Source: an uncultured Gemmatimonadota bacterium
GTDB lineage: Bacteria; ARS69
Direction of reading: 5' to 3'
Length of the DNA stretch: 64,000 nt
Assembly: GCA_964471155.1 (NCBI GenBank)
Contig: CAYYFX010000006.1
Span: forward strand, 3,679 to 67,678
Shown here: positions 37,298 to 46,252 of the stretch, piece by piece
Layout: every line of letters begins with the position of its first letter
How positions within the stretch are numbered: position 1 is the first letter of the stretch
Notes under the pieces: generated by a model
The model's input: the letters and a program-made list of their open reading frames with translations, nothing else
Told to the model about the DNA's origin: nothing
The model's database searches: none
Position numbers and translations under genes: made by a program

Positions 37298-39187
37298 ATG
37301 GAACAGGCCGCGGCCGCCGAACGCCCGTCGCGGGCCGCGTTCGTCATGGGCATGGTGCTGCTGGTCGCACTCGTGCTCGGCGTGTACGCGCGGACCGTCG
37401 GCTTCGGCCTCACCTCCTGGGACGACGACGTCCACCTGACCGCGAACCCGCGGCTGGCGCCCACGCTCGCGAGCGCCGCCGGGTTCTGGGCGGCGCCGTA
37501 CTCGGGGCTGTACATCCCGCTCACGTACACGGTGTACGCGGCGGAGGCCGCGCTGGCGGAGGCGCTCGCCGGGGATCCGCTCGATCCACGCGTGTTCCAC
37601 GCGGGGTGCGTCGTGCTGCACGCGGCGGCGGCGTGCCTGGCCTTCGCGCTCCTGCACGCGGTGACGGGGAGGGCGACGCCGGCGGTCCTGGGCGCCGCCC
37701 TGTGGGCCGTGCATCCGCTGCAGGTGGAGAGCGTGGCGTGGGTGTCCGAGACGAAGGGGCTGCTGGCGGCGGTGTTCATGCTCGCCGCGCTGCGGGCCTA
37801 CCTGCGATTCCGGGATGCGGGTCGCGGGCGCGGCGCGTACCTGCTCGCCACGGCGTGCTTCGCGCTGGCGCTGCTCGCGAAGCCGGTGGCGCTCGTGACG
37901 CCGCTGCTCGCCGTCATCCTGGACGCCGGAGTGCGCCGCCGGCCGCTGCGCGACGCGTGGCGACCGCTCGCGCCGTGGTTCGCGCTGGCCGCCGGGTTCG
38001 CCCTGCTCACGAAGGCGCTGCAGCCCGACGACGTCGTGATGGACATCGCGCCGGTCGCCGCGCGGCCGATCGTCGCGCTCGACGCGTTGGGGTTCTACCT
38101 GGCGAGGACCGTGGCGCCGTTCGACCTCGCGATCGACTATGGGCGTTCGCCGGCGGCGGTCCTCTCGCGGCCGGCGTGGGGCGGGCTGTGGATCGTGGCG
38201 CTGCTGGTCGCCGCCGCGGGCGCGGCGCCGCCGCTGCGGCGAACGGTCGGCGTTCCGCTCCTGTGGTTCGCCGCCGCGCTGTCCCCCGTGCTCGGACTCG
38301 TGCCGTTCGGCTACCAGTACACGTCCACCGTCGCGGACCGCTACGTGTACGTCGCGCTGCTGGGGCCGGCGATGGCGGCGGTGTTCCTGCTGGCGCGCTT
38401 CCCGGGGCGCACGGCCCGCGTCGTGGCGGCGGCGGCCGTCGTCCTGCTCGCGCAGGCGTCCCTGCGGCAGGCGAACGCGTGGCGCTCCAGCGGCACGCTG
38501 TACGCGGCCACGCTCGCCGTGAACCCGGGCAGCATCCACGCGAACAACAACCTCGGGCTGCTCGCGCTGGAGGAGGAGCGCGCGGCGGAGGCGCTGGCGC
38601 GATTCGACCGCGCGCTCGCCACGCGCGACGACTACGTGCCGGCGCTGGTGAACCGCGCGAAGGCGCTGCGCCGGCTGGGCCGCGAGGACGAGGCGGTCGC
38701 CGCGGCGGAGCGCGCGGCGGGGATCGCGCCGGGGTTCGTCCCCGCGCGCGTGGAAGCCGCCGCCGCCCTGCTCGCGGCGGGGCGCGAGGACGACGCGGTG
38801 GCGCACCTCCAGGCCGCGTTCGCCGCGCGGCCGGACGACCCGGACGTGAACGTGAGCCTCGCGCGTTTCGCCCGGTCCCGCGGCGAGATCGCCGTGGCCG
38901 AGCAGCATCTGCGCCGCGCGCTGGCGGCGGACCCCGGCTTCGCGGAGGCGCACCGCGAGCTGGCCTCGTGCCTCTGGCAGCAGGGCGACGAGGCCGCCGC
39001 GGTTGCCGCCTACGAGGCCGCGTTGCGCGCGGACCCGCGATCCTTCGCGGCCCATCGCGACCTGGGCAAGCTGCTCATGAACCGCGGGGATGCGGCGGGT
39101 GCCGCCGCCCACTGGCGGGAGGCCGCCGCGCTCCGGCCGGAGGATGCGGAAGTGCGCGCCTACCTGCAGCGGCTGGTCGGCGAATAG
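37298..39187 (+). CDS. TMTC/PMT_2-like polytopic membrane protein with C-terminal TPR repeats (putative glycosyltransferase-family scaffold)
   Basis: ATG 7 nt after GGAGGG. N-terminal loop motif TSWDDDVHLTANP (the DD/DE motif of PMT/TMTC-type C-family glycosyltransferases). At least 10 TM segments. Five or more C-terminal TPRs (NNNLGLLALEEER..., AEAHRELASCLWQQGD...). Confidence 0.75.
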   Translation: MEQAAAAERPSRAAFVMGMVLLVALVLGVYARTVGFGLTSWDDDVHLTANPRLAPTLASAAGFWAAPYSGLYIPLTYTVYAAEAALAEALAGDPLDPRVFHAGCVVLHAAAACLAFALLHAVTGRATPAVLGAALWAVHPLQVESVAWVSETKGLLAAVFMLAALRAYLRFRDAGRGRGAYLLATACFALALLAKPVALVTPLLAVILDAGVRRRPLRDAWRPLAPWFALAAGFALLTKALQPDDVVMDIAPVAARPIVALDALGFYLARTVAPFDLAIDYGRSPAAVLSRPAWGGLWIVALLVAAAGAAPPLRRTVGVPLLWFAAALSPVLGLVPFGYQYTSTVADRYVYVALLGPAMAAVFLLARFPGRTARVVAAAAVVLLAQASLRQANAWRSSGTLYAATLAVNPGSIHANNNLGLLALEEERAAEALARFDRALATRDDYVPALVNRAKALRRLGREDEAVAAAERAAGIAPGFVPARVEAAAALLAAGREDDAVAHLQAAFAARPDDPDVNVSLARFARSRGEIAVAEQHLRRALAADPGFAEAHRELASCLWQQGDEAAAVAAYEAALRADPRSFAAHRDLGKLLMNRGDAAGAAAHWREAAALRPEDAEVRAYLQRLVGE

Positions 39188-39342
39188 TCCGCCTTCGCCT
39201 CGAGAAGGTGCTCGGTGTGTCCGCGGAGTTCTGGCTCGGGCTCCAGCAGGACTGGGATCTGTGGCACGCGTTACGTGCGCCGGAGGCCCGGGCCATCGCG
39301 CGGCTCAAGCCGTTGCCGGAGCCGCGCCGGAGCGCGGCGTGA
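39181..39342 (+). pseudogene. Remnant of a HigA-family (XRE-HTH) antitoxin gene; only the C-terminal ~50 codons remain
   Basis: The frame-1 translation RLRLEKVLGVSAEFWLGLQQDWDLWHALRAPEA matches the HigA C-terminus (ALRLARFFGTSPEFWLNLQTAYDL). The HTH-encoding 5' part is missing because the upstream TPR gene ends at 39187 in another frame. Confidence 0.4.
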
Positions 39343-39537
39343 TGGTCAAGGCTCCGCGGCCCGGGGCGAGTCCCCCCAGGCGGCCGTGATCGCGCCGAAG
39401 ATGTCCGCCTGGTCCACGTACGGACCGCGCACCGGATCCGTCCCGCGGTGGCGAGGAAGACGTTGTGGCCGGCGCCGTCCGCGATGAGGAGGATGACGTG
39501 CTTCGCGCGCGCGGCGGATGCCCACGAGGCCTTCACG

Positions 39538-41028
39538 TCACCGGAATCGCGCCTTGATCGATCCCCAGGTGGCCCGCTCCAGGGACGACGGACCGCACCA
39601 CGCACCGAGCACGCCGATGAGCCCGCAGCCGCCGCTGTTCCCGGCCGCGCACGGCGAGTCCGCCTGCAGGCTGAAGTCCTCGTTCTCCCGCGAGCAGAAC
39701 AGGGGATCCGCGCAGAGGTTCCCGTCCGCGCCCTCCCGACCGGCGAGGCAGTCGGTCCAGTCCCCGCCGTGGTTGCCGAAGATGTCGGTGCAGCGGACCG
39801 TCAGCGCCGCGGGTGTTCCGGCGCAGCGGACCGGGGTGATGGGGCCGTCGGGCGCGCCGCCGAAGGCCAGGATGGAGTTCTCCAGCACCAGCGTGCCGCC
39901 CTCCTGGATCTCGATCGTGGCCATCGGCCGGCAGCCGACCCAGACGCAGTGGTCCGCCGTCACCGAACCGCTCGGGCCCCCGCACAGGCTACCGGCCGTG
40001 ATGCTGCTCCGCTGCCGACTGCTCCCGACGAACGTGCAGTGCTCCAGCCGAACGCGGCCCGCGCAGAACAGGTCCGTCCCGCCCATCCAGCCGCCCCAGT
40101 TGCGGAGGAACGTGGTGTTCCGGATCGTCACGTTCCCGTACAGGAAGCCCGCCCCGCCGAACACGTCCGCCGAGCAGTCCTCGAACACGCAGCTTCCCAC
40201 GAGGACCTCGCTGTCGGGGCCGGTGAACAGACCGCCGCTGTCCACGTTCCAGCCGCCGTTGAACCGGCAGCGGAGGATCGCCGCCTTCCCGCCGACGATC
40301 ACGTGGTTGCCGCTCGTGTACTCGCAGTACGGCGCCCCGCCCGGATCGAAGATGCAGTCGATCAGCGAGCCGTCGTCCATGCAGACCGCGCCGCCGTAGG
40401 CGCACGCGCCGTTCCCGCGGAAGAGGCAGCGTTCCACCTCGACCCGACCGCCCCGCGCGTAGATCGCGCCGCCGTAGATCGCCGCGCTGTTCTCGATGAA
40501 CTCGCAGTCCAGCGCGCGCAGGAATCCCCCCTCGATGAAGACGCCGCCGCCGCGGGCCGCGCCGCTCACGTACGGGACCCCCTCGACACGGCAGTCCACC
40601 AGCGTCAGCGACGCCCCGCCCGCGCGGATCGCCCCGCCGTCGCCTTCCCCGGTCCACCGCCCGTGGAACGCGTTGGCCATCGTGATGCCCTCGATGCGCG
40701 CCGTGGTCCCCGCGTCGAATGCGAAGCAGAAGTGCGGCGAGCGCCCGTGGCCCTCGTCCCCGTCGAGGATGGTGGCGTCGATCATGGTGGCGTCGCGGCC
40801 GGAGACCGACCGGAAGTCCAGGTCCTTGGCGCCGACCTGGATGTCCAGGTTCTCGAGCCCGCCGAACACCCCGGCACCCAGCTCGATGACGTCCCCGCTC
40901 TGGGCGAGCTGCACGGCGGAGCGCAGGTCCGGGACGTCACCGGACCCGTCCGGGTTCACGAGGATCGTGGCGGCAAACGCGGAGCCGGAGGCGATCAGGA
41001 ATACCGGCGCGAAGACGATCGGGCGCAT
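39538..41028 (-). CDS. Secreted right-handed parallel beta-helix (pectate-lyase-fold) protein with C-terminal ATWGSIKARFR motif
   Basis: ATG at 41028 after GGAGG. Signal peptide MRPIVFAPVFLIASGSAFAATIL. Many Gly/Asn/Cys-rich ~22-aa beta-helix repeats (GGAIYARGGRVEVERCLFRGNGA...). The 5' part of track ORF 39538..41124 is not included. Confidence 0.7.
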   Translation of the reverse strand: MRPIVFAPVFLIASGSAFAATILVNPDGSGDVPDLRSAVQLAQSGDVIELGAGVFGGLENLDIQVGAKDLDFRSVSGRDATMIDATILDGDEGHGRSPHFCFAFDAGTTARIEGITMANAFHGRWTGEGDGGAIRAGGASLTLVDCRVEGVPYVSGAARGGGVFIEGGFLRALDCEFIENSAAIYGGAIYARGGRVEVERCLFRGNGACAYGGAVCMDDGSLIDCIFDPGGAPYCEYTSGNHVIVGGKAAILRCRFNGGWNVDSGGLFTGPDSEVLVGSCVFEDCSADVFGGAGFLYGNVTIRNTTFLRNWGGWMGGTDLFCAGRVRLEHCTFVGSSRQRSSITAGSLCGGPSGSVTADHCVWVGCRPMATIEIQEGGTLVLENSILAFGGAPDGPITPVRCAGTPAALTVRCTDIFGNHGGDWTDCLAGREGADGNLCADPLFCSRENEDFSLQADSPCAAGNSGGCGLIGVLGAWCGPSSLERATWGSIKARFR

Positions 41029-41127
41029 GGGACCTCCCCGTCCACGACCCGAGGGCACGCCCCACACTAGGAGCACCCACGCCCCGTTACAAGCGCCGAG
41101 GATCCTCACGACGCACGCTGACATTTG

Positions 41128-41622
41128 TCAGGGTCTCGCCGGCCGGCCTCCCTGCAGCGTGTCGCGCACCGCGGTCTGCCGGTACGTGAAGATCCGGTGG
41201 AGCTGCCGCTGCACCAGGGGCAACGCCCCGTCCCCGAGCGGTGCGAACGGCAGCCGGTACCGCACGCGATCCCGGATGCGCGTCCCGCTCGCCGTGTCCT
41301 CGAAGTCGTGCGTGTGGACCCACCGCGCGTACGGCCCCGCGATCTGCTCATCGGTGAACGCGAGCGGCGGCTCCCACCGCGTGATGCGCGACGTCCACCC
41401 GAACGGCACGCCGAACAGGCGCAACCGGTACCGGATCTCCGCGCCCGGGCGCATGGCGATCGGGGGCGGCGTCACGATGCGGAAGCGAAGCTCCGGCGGC
41501 GTGATCCGCTCCAGGTTCCCGGCCTCGCCGAAGAACGCGAAGACCACGTCCCGCGGGAGCGGAAGGTCCATCTCCGCCTCCAGGACGTGATCCCCGCCGT
41601 CACGCAGCCCGGTCCGGACCAC
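41128..41622 (-). CDS. SRPBCC-superfamily protein (polyketide-cyclase/Bet v1-like)
   Basis: 164 aa from the GTG at 41622. The alternative ATG at 41571 has GGAGG 5 nt upstream and would give 147 aa. Typical SRPBCC pattern ...[21 protein letters not shown]... Confidence 0.65.
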   Translation of the reverse strand: MVRTGLRDGGDHVLEAEMDLPLPRDVVFAFFGEAGNLERITPPELRFRIVTPPPIAMRPGAEIRYRLRLFGVPFGWTSRITRWEPPLAFTDEQIAGPYARWVHTHDFEDTASGTRIRDRVRYRLPFAPLGDGALPLVQRQLHRIFTYRQTAVRDTLQGGRPARP

Positions 41623-42106
41623 CGGACTCCCCCCGCGGATCGTGCAGCATCTCCACGTCCACCACGCCCGTCTCCTCCACGACCAGTTCGCGACCCGTCA
41701 GCCGGAAGCCGTGCCGCGCGTACAGCCGGCGCGCCGGCGCGTTGTCCTTCCCCACGTGCAGCCGGACCGCGCGGTACCCGGACGCCGCGGCCCAGTGCAG
41801 CACCGCCTCCACGAGCGCATCCCCCGCGCCGGTCCCCCGCGCGTCGGGATGGACCCACATGGACATCAGGAAGGCGCACGCCGGGTCGTCCCAGTGGGGC
41901 ACGCCCGCCGCGAGCCCGCGCGCGCCGGCCGGCGTCTCCCACACGAACGTGGCCGCCTCCGCGATCCAGCGCGTCCACTCGGCGACGGGCCGCCCCTCCT
42001 CCCGCGCCCGCGTGCTGGCGAAGGCCTCCGGGCTGTCGGCGAGCGCGGCGAGCCGCAGCGCCCGCAGCATTGCCTCGTCCCCCGCGACCGCGCGCCGCAC
42101 GCTCAT
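41600..42106 (-). CDS. GNAT N-acetyltransferase
   Basis: ATGA overlap with the Mpg stop. [49 protein letters not shown]. Confidence 0.7.
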   Translation of the reverse strand: MSVRRAVAGDEAMLRALRLAALADSPEAFASTRAREEGRPVAEWTRWIAEAATFVWETPAGARGLAAGVPHWDDPACAFLMSMWVHPDARGTGAGDALVEAVLHWAAASGYRAVRLHVGKDNAPARRLYARHGFRLTGRELVVEETGVVDVEMLHDPRGESGGPDRAA

Positions 42107-42696
42107 GTCGTCCGCCGCCGCGGCCGCCGTGACGGCCGCGCGTGCCCGTCGATCCAGAACCGCCACGGCCGCGCCGCCCAGTACGGCCCGGCATAGTCGA
42201 TCCCGATCCGCGGCCCGCGCCGCACCGCCGACGCCGGCACCCGCACGCCGCGATCCTCCACGCGGATGCGCGGCGAGGTCACCGCGTCGTCGCCGTCCAG
42301 CGCCTTGTCCACGCGCAGGTGGCGGGTCACGCGCGCCGGTCCCTCCACGAGCACGCGCCCCTCGCGGTCGCCCGCGAGCACGCCGCGGATCAGCACCGCC
42401 TCCGGACGCTCCGCGCCCGCCGTGCTGAAGTTCAGCAGCCAGTGCATCCCGTAGACGAAGTACACGTACACCGTCCCGCCGTCGGCATACAGCGGGGCCA
42501 CGCGCGGCGTCCGCCGCCCGCGCGCCGCGTGCGACGCCAGGTCCCTCGGCCCCTTGTACGCCTCGGTCTCGGTGATCATGCCGCGGATCTCGCGGCCTCG
42601 CCGGCGGACCACGATGAACTTCCCCAGCAGGTCGCGCGCCACCTGCAGCGTGGGACGGTTGAACGCCCCCCGATCCAGCCGCACCGCCTCGGCCAT
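42103..42696 (-). CDS. mpg: DNA-3-methyladenine glycosylase (Mpg/AAG family)
   Basis: VARDLLGKFIVVRRRGREIRGMITETEAYKGPRDLASHA...GTVYVYFVYGMHWLLN is the Mpg signature. Confidence 0.8.
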   Translation of the reverse strand: MAEAVRLDRGAFNRPTLQVARDLLGKFIVVRRRGREIRGMITETEAYKGPRDLASHAARGRRTPRVAPLYADGGTVYVYFVYGMHWLLNFSTAGAERPEAVLIRGVLAGDREGRVLVEGPARVTRHLRVDKALDGDDAVTSPRIRVEDRGVRVPASAVRRGPRIGIDYAGPYWAARPWRFWIDGHARPSRRPRRRTT

Positions 42697-42698
42697 GC

Positions 42699-43478
42699 TC
42701 AGCCCTTCACGTACGCCAGCTTCTCGGCCACCTTGCCGTCCCGTACGCGCAGCACGTCCACGCCGCGGACGTGTCCGGACACGCCGTCCCGCGTCCAGTC
42801 GTACCGCCACCGCACGACGCACCGGTCCCCGGCCACGACCAGCTCCTCCGCCGTGAAGCGCGCGCTCGGCGACCGCGCGAAGAAGCCCTCCAGGAACTCG
42901 CGCACGCGCGGCTTCCCCTCGAAGCGCTCGCCGTCCGGCGCCGGCCGCGTGCTCTCGAAGACGCAGTCGTCGGTCATCCGCGCGAGCACTCCGTCCACGT
43001 CGTGCCGGTTCCACGCGTCGTTGTAGTCCTCGATCACGCGGCACACGTCCGCCGCCGCCGTCGCCGCGGCCGAAGGGGCGGATTGCCGCGCGCGGTTCCG
43101 CCGCGCCATCCCGGCGAGCCGCGCGAACCCCAGCTTCTCGTAGAAGGGTGCGACGGTCTCGTCGCACACGGCGTCCACCATGTACACGTCCGCCAGGTGC
43201 GCCGTCATCCGTCGCACCAGCTCCGCGCCGATCCCGCGCCCGCGCCACTCCGGCCGCACCTCCAGCAGCGGCACGTACGCCGCCAGGACGCCGTCGCTGA
43301 TCGCCGTGATGAAGCCCGCCGCCCGGTCCGCGTCCGTGTCCCACGCCAGGATCGCGTGCGTGCTGCGGGCGAGGATCGCGCGCAGCGCCTCGGTCGACGG
43401 CGGATCCGGCCATCCCTCGAAGAATCCGTGCAGCCCGGCGGCCGCCACGCCCTCCGCGCCCTCGCGGTACTCGATCAT
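42699..43478 (-). CDS. GNAT acetyltransferase fused to a SnoaL/NTF2-like domain
   Basis: ATGA overlap with the OsmC stop. N-terminus VRPEWRGRGIGAELVRRM...FYEKLGF (GNAT). C-terminus VIEDYNDAWNRHDVDGVLARMTDDCVFE...VAGDRCVVRWRYDW (SnoaL-like). Confidence 0.7.
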   Translation of the reverse strand: MIEYREGAEGVAAAGLHGFFEGWPDPPSTEALRAILARSTHAILAWDTDADRAAGFITAISDGVLAAYVPLLEVRPEWRGRGIGAELVRRMTAHLADVYMVDAVCDETVAPFYEKLGFARLAGMARRNRARQSAPSAAATAAADVCRVIEDYNDAWNRHDVDGVLARMTDDCVFESTRPAPDGERFEGKPRVREFLEGFFARSPSARFTAEELVVAGDRCVVRWRYDWTRDGVSGHVRGVDVLRVRDGKVAEKLAYVKG

Positions 43479-43963
43479 CCGCGCGTGTCCTCGAACCGGA
43501 TGCGCGGCTCGCAACGCACGGGGAAGTTCACGGAGTTGGCCACGAAGCACAGCGCGTGCGCCTTCCCGTGCAGCGCCGCCGCGACGGCCGGGTCGTCCCC
43601 GCGGCGGATGGCGACCTCCGGGTGCAGCACCACCTCCGTGAAGCGTCCGATGCCGTCCGGACCCACCGTCATCGTTCCCTCCGCACGGTCCTCGTACCCG
43701 ACGCACGTGACCTGCGCCTGCGCGCACAGGTGCAGGTACCACAGCATGTGGCACGACGACACCGCCGCCACCACGAGATCCTCCGGGTTGTAGCGCGACG
43801 CGTCGCCGCGGAACGCGGGATCGGACGACCCGGGGATGTCCGGCTTCCCCGCGGCGCGCAGCACATGCTCCCGGCCGTAGGCGCGGTAGTCGCTGGTGCC
43901 CGTGCCGCGATCGCCCGTCCACTCGAGCGAGACCTCGTACCGGTGCTCCCGCTTCGTCGCCAT
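43475..43963 (-). CDS. OsmC-family protein
   Basis: ATG after GGAGGGG. NPEDLVVAAVSSCHMLWYLHLCAQ (OsmC Cys motif). Confidence 0.8.
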   Translation of the reverse strand: MATKREHRYEVSLEWTGDRGTGTSDYRAYGREHVLRAAGKPDIPGSSDPAFRGDASRYNPEDLVVAAVSSCHMLWYLHLCAQAQVTCVGYEDRAEGTMTVGPDGIGRFTEVVLHPEVAIRRGDDPAVAAALHGKAHALCFVANSVNFPVRCEPRIRFEDTRG

Positions 43964-44000
43964 GGGGCTGCCCCTCCGGAGGGCGGGACGATACCACAGC

Positions 44001-44047
44001 GCCCGGCTCAGGCCGTGCGCCCGGCTCAGGCCGTGCGCCCGGCCTCG
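44001..44047. repeat. Tandem direct repeat: 18-bp unit GCCCGGCTCAGGCCGTGC x2 plus an 11-bp partial third copy, spanning the GrpB stop codon
   Basis: Exact copies at 44001-44018 and 44019-44036, partial copy at 44037-44047. On the coding (-) strand this duplicates ...AGRTA-stop. Confidence 0.8.
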
Positions 44048-44610
44048 TCCGGCTCCCATCCCGTCGCTCCCGCCCACGCCTCCGCGGCGGTGATCACCAG
44101 GTCGCAAACCGGGTCCTTGATCGCGCAGTAGGCGTCGATGTCGTCCGGATGCCGCCGGGCGAGCTCGCGCTTCAACTGCTCCAGCGATCGCGCGGCGTCC
44201 GGATGCGCGCGCAGGTAGTCCCGGAACAGGAGCGGATAGCGCTGGTTCGGCATGCCGGCGACGCGCACGTGCAGGTTCACCCGGCGCCGCCCCGCCGGCT
44301 CGCGGAACAGGAGCTTCGCCCACCGGGACGGCTCCGCGTCCTCTCCCGCCGGCACGTGGTCGGCCGAGATGCGCTCCACCCGCCGCCATCCGGCCGCCGC
44401 CAGCGCCTCGGCGACGCCGGCGCCCAGGTCGCCCACGGTGGCCTGGATGTCGATCACGTCCTTCGCGGCGAGACCCGGCACGGCGGTGGAGCCGATGTGG
44501 TCCACGCGAAGGGCGCGAGGCCCGAGCGCGCCGCGGATCCCGTCCCGCAGTGCCGCGAACTCCCCGGCCCACCCCGGACGCCAGGCCACGATCTCGATGC
44601 GCCCGCCCAT
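44026..44610 (-). CDS. GrpB-family (UPF0157) nucleotidyltransferase-fold protein
   Basis: IEIVAWRPGWAGEFAALRDGIRGALGPRALRVDHIGSTAVPGLAAKDVIDIQ is the GrpB motif. The first 82 codons of the track ORF are excluded. Confidence 0.75.
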   Translation of the reverse strand: MGGRIEIVAWRPGWAGEFAALRDGIRGALGPRALRVDHIGSTAVPGLAAKDVIDIQATVGDLGAGVAEALAAAGWRRVERISADHVPAGEDAEPSRWAKLLFREPAGRRRVNLHVRVAGMPNQRYPLLFRDYLRAHPDAARSLEQLKRELARRHPDDIDAYCAIKDPVCDLVITAAEAWAGATGWEPDEAGRTA

Positions 44611-44618
44611 GGATCGCG

Positions 44619-45101
44619 TCAGAGCCGCGGGAAGGTGAGGCCGAACCGTTCGCACAACCCCGGCACGCTCTCGAGCTCCATGTCCAGCGCGTACTTCTCC
44701 GAGATGGCGGCGAACTTCGCCACGTCGCCCCAGGCCTCGGCCACCTCGCGGAAGTAGTTCTCGAAACCGGCGGGCGAGATGATCTCGATGATCTCGCACG
44801 GCGTGTCGCCCGCGTTCCAGAACGTGTGCCATTGCTTGCGCGGCTTGAACACCCACGATCCCGGCTCCGCGACGACGACGTCGTCCCCGAGCAGCGCGCC
44901 CAGCCGGCCGGCGAGCACGTACGAGAGCTCGTCCTCGTTGTGGTGGAAGTGCAGCGGCGCCGCCAGGGCCCGCGGCGCGATGGGGTGATGCACCACCGAG
45001 AACCGTCCGTCCGTGTCCGCGCCCTCGACCTTCCAGTGCACGCCGAGCCCGCCGAAGTCGAAGACGTCGCCGTCCGCGCGTGTCACGACCCGCGCGCTCA
45101 A
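44619..45101 (-). CDS. Cupin-domain protein
   Basis: TTG start 7 nt after AGGAG. HPIAPRALAAPLHFHHNEDELSYVLAGRLGALLGDDVVVAEPGSWVFKPRKQWHTFWN is the cupin two-His/Glu metal motif. Confidence 0.65.
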   Translation of the reverse strand: MSARVVTRADGDVFDFGGLGVHWKVEGADTDGRFSVVHHPIAPRALAAPLHFHHNEDELSYVLAGRLGALLGDDVVVAEPGSWVFKPRKQWHTFWNAGDTPCEIIEIISPAGFENYFREVAEAWGDVAKFAAISEKYALDMELESVPGLCERFGLTFPRL

Positions 45102-45163
45102 CCTCCCACTCCTGCCATCCCCTGCGTCGCCGTCACTCGGACCTCCGGATCGGGGTTCCCGGC

Positions 45164-45604
45164 TCACGACGCCGGTCGCAGCGCCCGCTGCGTCTCCTCG
45201 AACTCGCCCGCGGCGGGGCTGGTCACGAGATACCTCGCCTCGGGCTCCAGCGCGACCAGGCCGGTCACCCAGCCCTGCACGCCGATGCGCGGACCGGCCA
45301 CCACTTCCACGAGCGCCTCGGGTCCGTAGTCCACGCCGCGTACCCGCGCGCCGCGCTTCCAGGCCGCCGTCGTCTTCGTCTCCAGGATCCGCGGCTCCCA
45401 GCGCGCGTGCGCGTTCGGGTCCTCGGCGAACCCCGCCCACACGAGGAGATCCCTCCAGTCCAGCGCGGCCAGGTTCACGGCCTCGCGCAGCCGGTCCGGA
45501 TCCCCGCCGCTCGCGCGGATCGCGGCGAAGCGGATCCGCTCCAGGTCCTCCGGTGTCGGCACGCGCCCCAGCGGGAGCGTATCCCCGCAGTGCTCCGCGA
45601 GCAA
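45164..45604 (-). CDS. Hypothetical protein (146 aa)
   Basis: TTG-start ORF with balanced, non-Arg/Pro-biased composition (MLAEHCGDTLPLGRVPTPEDLERIRFAAI...). It sits in the gap between the cupin and VOC genes. I recognise no family. Confidence 0.4.
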   Translation of the reverse strand: MLAEHCGDTLPLGRVPTPEDLERIRFAAIRASGGDPDRLREAVNLAALDWRDLLVWAGFAEDPNAHARWEPRILETKTTAAWKRGARVRGVDYGPEALVEVVAGPRIGVQGWVTGLVALEPEARYLVTSPAAGEFEETQRALRPAS

Positions 45605-45700
45605 CCGCTCGCATCCGCGGCGTGTTCCGTGCGGAAGAGCGCCAGGAGCTTCGTCTTCGTGCGCCGGCTGAGGGGGATCACGCGTTCGCCTACCGCGCGC

Positions 45701-46140
45701 TCACGCGTCGCCGCCGCCGTTCCGTTCCCAGCCGCCGGTGGCGCACCGCACCCAGAGGTCGCCGCTCATGTCGCACCAGGGACCGAACGGCTGGTCGGCG
45801 CGCGACGATGACCCGAAGCGCAGCACGTTCCCGTCCGGATCGGCTACCTGCACCTCGTAGGCCCAGGGGTGATTGGTGGGTTCCTGCCGGATGCGGGCGC
45901 CGCGGGCCTTCACTTCCTCGCACAGGCGGGCCGCATCGTCCACGCCGATCCACACCCAGCCGCCCTCGTGGCCCTGGTCGCCCTCGCACAGCATGAGCTG
46001 GCACGCGTCGCGCGACACGCACGCGATGCACGCCTCGTCCTTCCAGGCGAGCTTGAAGCCGAGCACGCGAACGTAGTAGTCGACGCTCGCATCCAGTTTC
46101 CGCACCCGAAGGATCGGGACGGCGATGCCGGTCCGGTTCA
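45701..46140 (-). CDS. VOC-family (glyoxalase/bleomycin-resistance fold) protein
   Basis: IAVPILRVRKLDASVDYYVRVLGFKL...YEVQVADPDGNVLRF. Start taken at Met17 (ATG 46140). Confidence 0.7.
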
Positions 46141-46252
46141 TGGGCGGTGCGGCGGAGCGGCGGCTCGACATACAGGGGACTCCCGGCAACAGCGCGCATT
46201 CTCGCCCCGCCGGGAACCGCGATGCAAGCGCCGCGGGACGACCGCGCCGGGG

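Noticed and set aside
41571-41622. Alternative start for the SRPBCC gene
   Set aside because: Both the GTG at 41622 (23-nt overlap with the upstream GNAT) and the ATG at 41571 (GGAGG 5 nt upstream) are plausible. I could not decide from sequence and report the longer form, flagging the shorter.
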